64,000 bases of DNA, taken from positions 1,370,671 to 1,434,670 of the forward strand of contig CAVTEI010000003.1 of assembly GCA_963733765.1 (NCBI GenBank). Reading direction: 5' to 3'. Both the position numbers and the translations under genes were made by a program. Numbering within the stretch: position 1 is the stretch's first letter; each line of letters begins with the position of its first letter. Under the pieces are notes generated by a model, which saw only the letters and a list, made by a program, of their open reading frames with translations, searched no databases and was not told the DNA's origin. Positions 59,170 to 64,000 of this stretch are shown piece after piece. Source of the stretch: an uncultured Acidimicrobiales bacterium. GTDB taxonomy: Bacteria; Actinomycetota; Acidimicrobiia; Acidimicrobiales; DATKAS01.

Positions 59170-61302
59170 TCAGCCCTTCGCTGGACGCGCCGAGATCTCG
59201 AGCGGCATCGGGCGCACGGACGCCTCGGCGGGTTCGGCACTGATCGCCCCCATGTCGCTGCCGTCGACGTCGATCGCGTGCAGCTCGACCGCGATGCGCC
59301 CTGTCGGCACATGGACCACTGCCGTTGTCCAGCCAGAGGGTGAGCCGGTGGCCACGACCGGCACGATGATCGCCTCGCCGTCGTCGAGGGTGACGCAGAA
59401 CTCCGCCACACTCCGCTCGAGATGTGCGAGGACGAACGTCCGCCGGCGCAACACTGCGACCGTCGCGTCGATGATGCCGTTGCCGTTCACGCCGCCGGCG
59501 ACTCTGATCGGGCAGGTCGAGGCCGACTCGGACGCGAACTTGAGGGTCACGCACGTGACCGGGCCGGTGCCGTCGCTGAGCGGCGAGTCGGCGCCCGTCA
59601 AGGTCCACGTCGCGCCGTCGACGACGTCAGCAGCCAGGTCGCGCTTCGGCGCGGACTCGAGCACCCGGTAGTCGGGATAGGGAGGCCCGAGAGGCTGGTC
59701 GACCCGCACCACCTCGGCGCCCGACTCGTCGTACCCGACGATGGCAGTGACCTTCAGTGGGTCGCCGACCGAGGCGACGAACCACCGCAGCGGGATCGAC
59801 GGGTCGCTTGACGGCACGGTGTCGACGGCGAGTGGATCCAGGCCGGTGCGGACGATCTCGACACGAGTGATCGCCGGCTCCGTCGCTGCGAAGACGACAT
59901 TGGCCCCATCGCTGCCGACGCCGATGCCCGGCCGCGAGCTCGTCGTCTCAGCGCACGCGCTGCCGACCATGTCTCCGCCGTCGAACGCGAGCTCGCCGCA
60001 CACGAGTCCTTCGTCGCTGTCGGGGAAGCGCAGGCCGTTGATCGTCCACGAGCGGCCGTCGAGCGAGCCGGTCGCGAGGGCCGGGATCGTCTCCGGTGAG
60101 GCGGGCTCTTCGAATCCAGGCTCGGGGGTCTCGCCGCCCGACAGTGGCCGTACTGCCGCGACCGCCGCTTGCCACTCCTCCTCGCTCACCGGATGGAGGC
60201 TCGCCGCGAACGAGACCATCGTGGCCGCATCCGTACCGGACGCCGACATCGTGAACACAAGTCCCGTCGCCGTGTCGCGCCACAGCAGCTCGCGCATCTG
60301 CTGCTGGGTCGGGTCGTCTCGAGAGATGTCGACGAGGAGCGCCGGCTGTCCGGCAACCGTGACCGCTTCGGTGCGCCCGCGCGGTGCGGGATAGACGGTC
60401 AGCGCGTCCTCGGTGCCCATCGTCGCGGTGAGGTTGAGGAACGGGTCCGACGGCTGGCTGAGGTCTTCGGGCCCCCGATACCCGAGGGACCACGACGGTC
60501 CCCCGTACCCCATCGGGAGATCGGCCGGGCCCGCGTAGGTCAGCGCGACGGCCTGAGGCAGCACCGTGGCCGTGAAGTCATCCGTCGCCGGCGTCGCCCC
60601 GTCGGGTTGCAGGCCGTTCGCGAAGTCGATCGGTTCGGTGCCCGTGAGGCCGTCGGCGGTGACCGACACGGTCGTCTGCGGATCCTCGGCCCACATGATG
60701 AGCTGCGCCGGGTCGTCGCCGCCGTTCGTCGTCACGACCGCCTCGTGTCCACGGACGGTGGTGATGGTCGCGTTCGGATCGCCCTCCCACCCGGCAGTGT
60801 CGAACCCTCCACCACCCGGCTCGGTGCGGATGTCGACTCGGACGACGGGCCCCGCGGGCGACGGCGACCGGTACAGCTGCAACCGGCTCCTGCCGATCGC
60901 TGCTTCGCTCGCGGGCGCGTCGGCGGTGTTCAACGACGGGCCGCCGTAGTCGCCGGCGTTGTCGAGCACCCACCCGTCGGGAAGGTCGGGCAGCAGCTTC
61001 GGAAGGTTGGACGGCTCGGTGGGCGCGCGCAGCTTCACGTCGTCCGCAGCGGCCGCGGCGACGGTCTGGGACTTCGGCTCGGAACCTCGACGTGTTGCGA
61101 AGCCCACCGCCGCCGCACCGATCGCGACGACGGCCACGATGCCCACCAACGACATGCCGACTCTCCGCCGATGCCGGTTGCGGGTGTCCTGCGCGAGCAT
61201 CTGATCGAAGCGGGCGCGACCGTCGTTCGGCACCGAGATGCCGTCGGCGCGCCGATGCAGCGCGTCGGTGAGCGCGGAGTCGAGATCGTCGGGGGAGTTC
61301 AC
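59170..61302 (-). CDS. Putative membrane anti-sigma factor with large extracytoplasmic region
   Basis: Short N-terminal helix (LTDALHRRAD), RRRVG-TM, about 630 aa outside; GTGA-coupled to the ECF sigma gene. Confidence 0.7.
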   Translation of the reverse strand: MNSPDDLDSALTDALHRRADGISVPNDGRARFDQMLAQDTRNRHRRRVGMSLVGIVAVVAIGAAAVGFATRRGSEPKSQTVAAAAADDVKLRAPTEPSNLPKLLPDLPDGWVLDNAGDYGGPSLNTADAPASEAAIGRSRLQLYRSPSPAGPVVRVDIRTEPGGGGFDTAGWEGDPNATITTVRGHEAVVTTNGGDDPAQLIMWAEDPQTTVSVTADGLTGTEPIDFANGLQPDGATPATDDFTATVLPQAVALTYAGPADLPMGYGGPSWSLGYRGPEDLSQPSDPFLNLTATMGTEDALTVYPAPRGRTEAVTVAGQPALLVDISRDDPTQQQMRELLWRDTATGLVFTMSASGTDAATMVSFAASLHPVSEEEWQAAVAAVRPLSGGETPEPGFEEPASPETIPALATGSLDGRSWTINGLRFPDSDEGLVCGELAFDGGDMVGSACAETTSSRPGIGVGSDGANVVFAATEPAITRVEIVRTGLDPLAVDTVPSSDPSIPLRWFVASVGDPLKVTAIVGYDESGAEVVRVDQPLGPPYPDYRVLESAPKRDLAADVVDGATWTLTGADSPLSDGTGPVTCVTLKFASESASTCPIRVAGGVNGNGIIDATVAVLRRRTFVLAHLERSVAEFCVTLDDGEAIIVPVVATGSPSGWTTAVVHVPTGRIAVELHAIDVDGSDMGAISAEPAEASVRPMPLEISARPAKG

Positions 61303-61823
61303 GGTTCGATCACCTCTCGAAGCTGGGCGAGCCCGCGGTGCAGCAGCGACTTCACGGTGCCGGGGCGGCAGCCGAGTGCGGCCGCGATCTCCGCCTCGGA
61401 CAAGTCCTCGTAGTAGCGCAGGACGATGGCGACACGCTGGCGCTCGCTCAGGGTCGCGAGCGCGTCGAGCAGCGGCTCCTGCGGGGGAGCGACCGCCGAG
61501 GAGGGAGCAGTCGCATGTGCCCGCTCGAGCCGCGCTCGGCGCCGGTTGTTGCGGCACGCGTTGACGACGGCAGTACGCAGGTAGGCCGTGGGATGCTCGA
61601 CGCCGTCCCACTTGCGGTGCACGCGCACGAAGGCGTCCTGCACGAGTTCTTCGGCCACGGCCGGGTTCCCGACCAGCAGCGTGGCGAGACGCACCATCGG
61701 GCGGTAACGCTGAGCGAACAGGTCGTCGAAGTCCCGCGAGTCCGGCGGATCCGGTTCGGCACCGTCGAGCGCGGCGTCGTCCACCGGGTCGACCGGGTCG
61801 ATGTTCACGAGCTCAGCCACCAT
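61299..61823 (-). CDS. ECF sigma-70 factor (SigE/sigma-24-like)
   Basis: AEELVQDAF, AYLRTAVVN, LSERQRVAIVLRYYEDLSEAEIA...GTVKS. Confidence 0.95.
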   Translation of the reverse strand: MVAELVNIDPVDPVDDAALDGAEPDPPDSRDFDDLFAQRYRPMVRLATLLVGNPAVAEELVQDAFVRVHRKWDGVEHPTAYLRTAVVNACRNNRRRARLERAHATAPSSAVAPPQEPLLDALATLSERQRVAIVLRYYEDLSEAEIAAALGCRPGTVKSLLHRGLAQLREVIEP

Positions 61824-61888
61824 CCTTGGTTGAGACACCTGAGGCGCCGTCCCGGTTCCCGCACGGGTGGCTCGTAGCATCGTGGCCG

Positions 61889-63340
61889 ATGGCGACCCTC
61901 GCCGAGCTCGCGCGGCACCGAACCTCGCTCGGGCACGTCCAGATCGCCCACCTGCAGCGCCTCGTGGCCGAGTGGGGGATGCTCGCCGACTTCTGCTTCG
62001 CCGACCTGCTTCTGCTCGCGCCCGTCATCGACGCCGATTCGTGGCTCGTGCTCGGGCAGATCCGCCCGACGACAGGGCAGACGATGTACCGGGCCGACTG
62101 GGTCGGGGAGGTGCTGGTCGGTGCAGATCATCCTCACGTCGCCGAGGCCTGGAACACCGGCGAGATCGTCGTCGGTGACATGGCCCAGGTGCGCGGGAGC
62201 GATCGGGTGCGGGTCGCCGCGATCCCCGTTCGGCACGACGGCGCGGTTCTCGGTGTGCTGACGCGTGAGTGGTCGCCCTCGGTCGGGCGCGAGCTCGGCG
62301 AGCTCGAGCGCACCTACCTCGAGGTCTTCGAGCGCTTTGCGCGGATGATCGCGGACGGCGAGTTTCCCTTCGCGGCCGAGCGGTCGAGCACAGCGGCCCT
62401 GCCCCGCGTTGGCGACGGCGTGATGCTGCTCGATGCGTCAGAGCGGGTCGAGTACGCGTCGCCGAATGCGGTCTCCGCGCTGCACCGCGCGGGCGTGCAG
62501 GCGAACGCCGTCGGCATGCGCCTTGCCGCGATCGGCTTCGACGATCACCCCGTGCGGCTCGCGTTCGAGTCGGCGGCACCGGCAACCGAGGAGATCGAGC
62601 AGGTTCCCGAGGTGATCGTGCTCGTGCGCTGCCTCCCCCTCCTGAAAGGGGGCAAGGTGAGTGGAGGCGTCGTGCTCGTGCGCGACATCTCCGAGCTGCG
62701 TCGCCGTGACCGCATGCTGCTGAGCAAGGACGCGACGATCCGCGAGATCCATCACCGCGTGAAGAACAACCTGCAGACGATCTCGTCGTTGCTCCGCCTG
62801 CAGGGACGCCGGCTCGAGTCGGCGGAGGCGAAGGCGGCGGTCGAGGAGTCGGTGCGCCGCATCCGCACCATCGCGCTCGTGCACGAGACGCTTTCGCGCG
62901 ATGTCGGGGACGACATCGACTTCAACGACATCCTCCTGCCCCTCGCGGCGATGGTGGAGGAGGGGCTTCAGTCGCCCGACCGGCCGGTTCGGCTTCGCAT
63001 CTCCGGGGACGCTGGCCGGCTCTCAGCGAACGTGGCGACCCCACTCGCGGTAGTCCTCACCGAGCTGTTGCAGAACGCGGTCGATCACGCGTTTGTGGAC
63101 GGCCGGCCCGGCACGATCTCGGTAGACATGGCGAACGACGGCTCGATGCTCGCGGTGACGGTCAGCGACGACGGGGTCGGGCTGCCCGACGACTTTCGCA
63201 TCGAAGACGCCACCGGTCTCGGGCTGTCCATCGTGCGGACACTCGTGACGACCGAGCTCCTCGGGACGATCGAGATGGCGCGCGCGGATCCCGGGACAGT
63301 TGTCTCGTTGCGGATGCTGATCCCGGAGTCGTACGGGTAG
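61889..63340 (+). CDS. pdtaS: Cytosolic sensor histidine kinase (GAF/PAS/HisKA_2)
   Basis: LADFCFADL, PRVGDG, REIHHRVKNNLQ, ELLQNAVDHA, GLGLSIV; adjacent to whiB1. Confidence 0.92.
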   Translation: MATLAELARHRTSLGHVQIAHLQRLVAEWGMLADFCFADLLLLAPVIDADSWLVLGQIRPTTGQTMYRADWVGEVLVGADHPHVAEAWNTGEIVVGDMAQVRGSDRVRVAAIPVRHDGAVLGVLTREWSPSVGRELGELERTYLEVFERFARMIADGEFPFAAERSSTAALPRVGDGVMLLDASERVEYASPNAVSALHRAGVQANAVGMRLAAIGFDDHPVRLAFESAAPATEEIEQVPEVIVLVRCLPLLKGGKVSGGVVLVRDISELRRRDRMLLSKDATIREIHHRVKNNLQTISSLLRLQGRRLESAEAKAAVEESVRRIRTIALVHETLSRDVGDDIDFNDILLPLAAMVEEGLQSPDRPVRLRISGDAGRLSANVATPLAVVLTELLQNAVDHAFVDGRPGTISVDMANDGSMLAVTVSDDGVGLPDDFRIEDATGLGLSIVRTLVTTELLGTIEMARADPGTVVSLRMLIPESYG

Positions 63341-63358
63341 CTCAGCCCAATCGTCGAA

Positions 63359-63649
63359 CTAGGAGGCCCGGCGCTGACGGGCCAACCATGCCCGTCGCAG
63401 TCGCCGGCGCTCATCCTCCGACGTGCCGCCCCAAACGCCCGAGTCCTGGTTGGTCGCAAGCGCGAACTCGAGGCACTGCGATTGCACGGGGCAGTTGCCG
63501 CACACGGCCTTGGCAGCGTCGATCTGCTCGATGGCCGGCCCCGTCGTTCCGACGGGGAAGAACAGGTCAGGGTCGGTGTCTCGGCAGGCGGATTCGGCCC
63601 GCCAGTCGCCGCGATCTTGGGCGAGCGCAATCCCAGTGGCGACCGACAC
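63359..63649 (-). CDS. whiB1: WhiB family Fe-S regulator (WhiB1/WblE)
   Basis: DWRAESACRDTDPDLFFPVGTTGPA...CGNCPV...C...QDSGVWGGTSEDERR; GGAGG RBS. Confidence 0.93.
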   Translation of the reverse strand: MSVATGIALAQDRGDWRAESACRDTDPDLFFPVGTTGPAIEQIDAAKAVCGNCPVQSQCLEFALATNQDSGVWGGTSEDERRRLRRAWLARQRRAS

Positions 63650-63714
63650 GCATCCTCCAGCCCAACCTCGCTCGGCGTCGCCGCCGAGGCACTTCCCTCA
63701 CGAGACCTGCAGTG

Positions 63715-63730
63715 TGTGAAACCGTTCACA
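63715..63730. promoter_or_regulatory. Palindromic operator TGTGAA-N4-TTCACA (Rex- or CRP-type) upstream of whiB1
   Basis: TGTGAAACCGTTCACA matches both the Rex core TGTGAA-N4-TTCACA and CRP TGTGA-N6-TCACA. Confidence 0.8.
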
Positions 63731-63853
63731 TGGCGCCGACCCGGGCAATGACCAGGAGCGACGCGGTGTGCCGAGGGTACACCAGAGGCTACGAGGCGGC
63801 AAGTAGTTCTTCAGGAGCCCGACACGCGCTCCTCACATTGATTGGATGGGTGC

Positions 63854-64000
63854 ATGACCCAGGTGATCGCCCACCGAGGCGCGTCGAAGGCCTTTCGCGA
63901 GAACACACTGGCGGCCTTTCGAGGGGCCGCCGCGATGGGAGCCGACATGGTCGAGCTCGATGTCCGGGCGACCGCCGATGGCTTTCTCGTCATCCATCAC
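63854..64000 (+). CDS. Glycerophosphodiester phosphodiesterase (partial)
   Basis: Manual translation [22 protein letters not shown]...[20 protein letters not shown]. Confidence 0.9.
   Translation, partial: MTQVIAHRGASKAFRENTLAAFRGAAAMGADMVELDVRATADGFLVIHH

Overview
High-GC (visually ~70%) actinobacterial chromosome segment, most consistent with class Acidimicrobiia (inferred from gene content: type-2 valS, pdtaS-whiB1, DUF3107, BagAB-like ArsA pair, class E sortase, plus a System I ccm operon). It is densely coding (about 65 genes): housekeeping (valS, cysS, dinB with SOS box, katE, mmsA, acyl-CoA carboxylase beta, iscS, mrp), a complete ccmABCDEFGHI operon, many accessory enzymes (VOC, LLM, SDR, methyltransferases, amidase) and signalling genes. 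No rRNA, tRNA, CRISPR array, transposase, integrase or phage gene was recognised. At least 10 genes, including essential cysS, carry single-base frameshifts that look like long-read errors. I cannot show a clearly new system. The best candidates for follow-up are: (1) a sensor-less pair of class III nucleotide cyclases, one with two complementary catalytic domains, near a stand-alone cNMP-binding protein; (2) a shared GTTAC-N6-GTAAC operator linking a FasR/Rv3208-like TetR to an acyl-CoA dehydrogenase; (3) a divergent SufR-like/iscS and mrp Fe-S module without a scaffold; (4) a 105-nt structured intergenic element; (5) a Rex/CRP-type operator in the whiB1 leader. Family calls come from motif recognition by eye; no searches were run.
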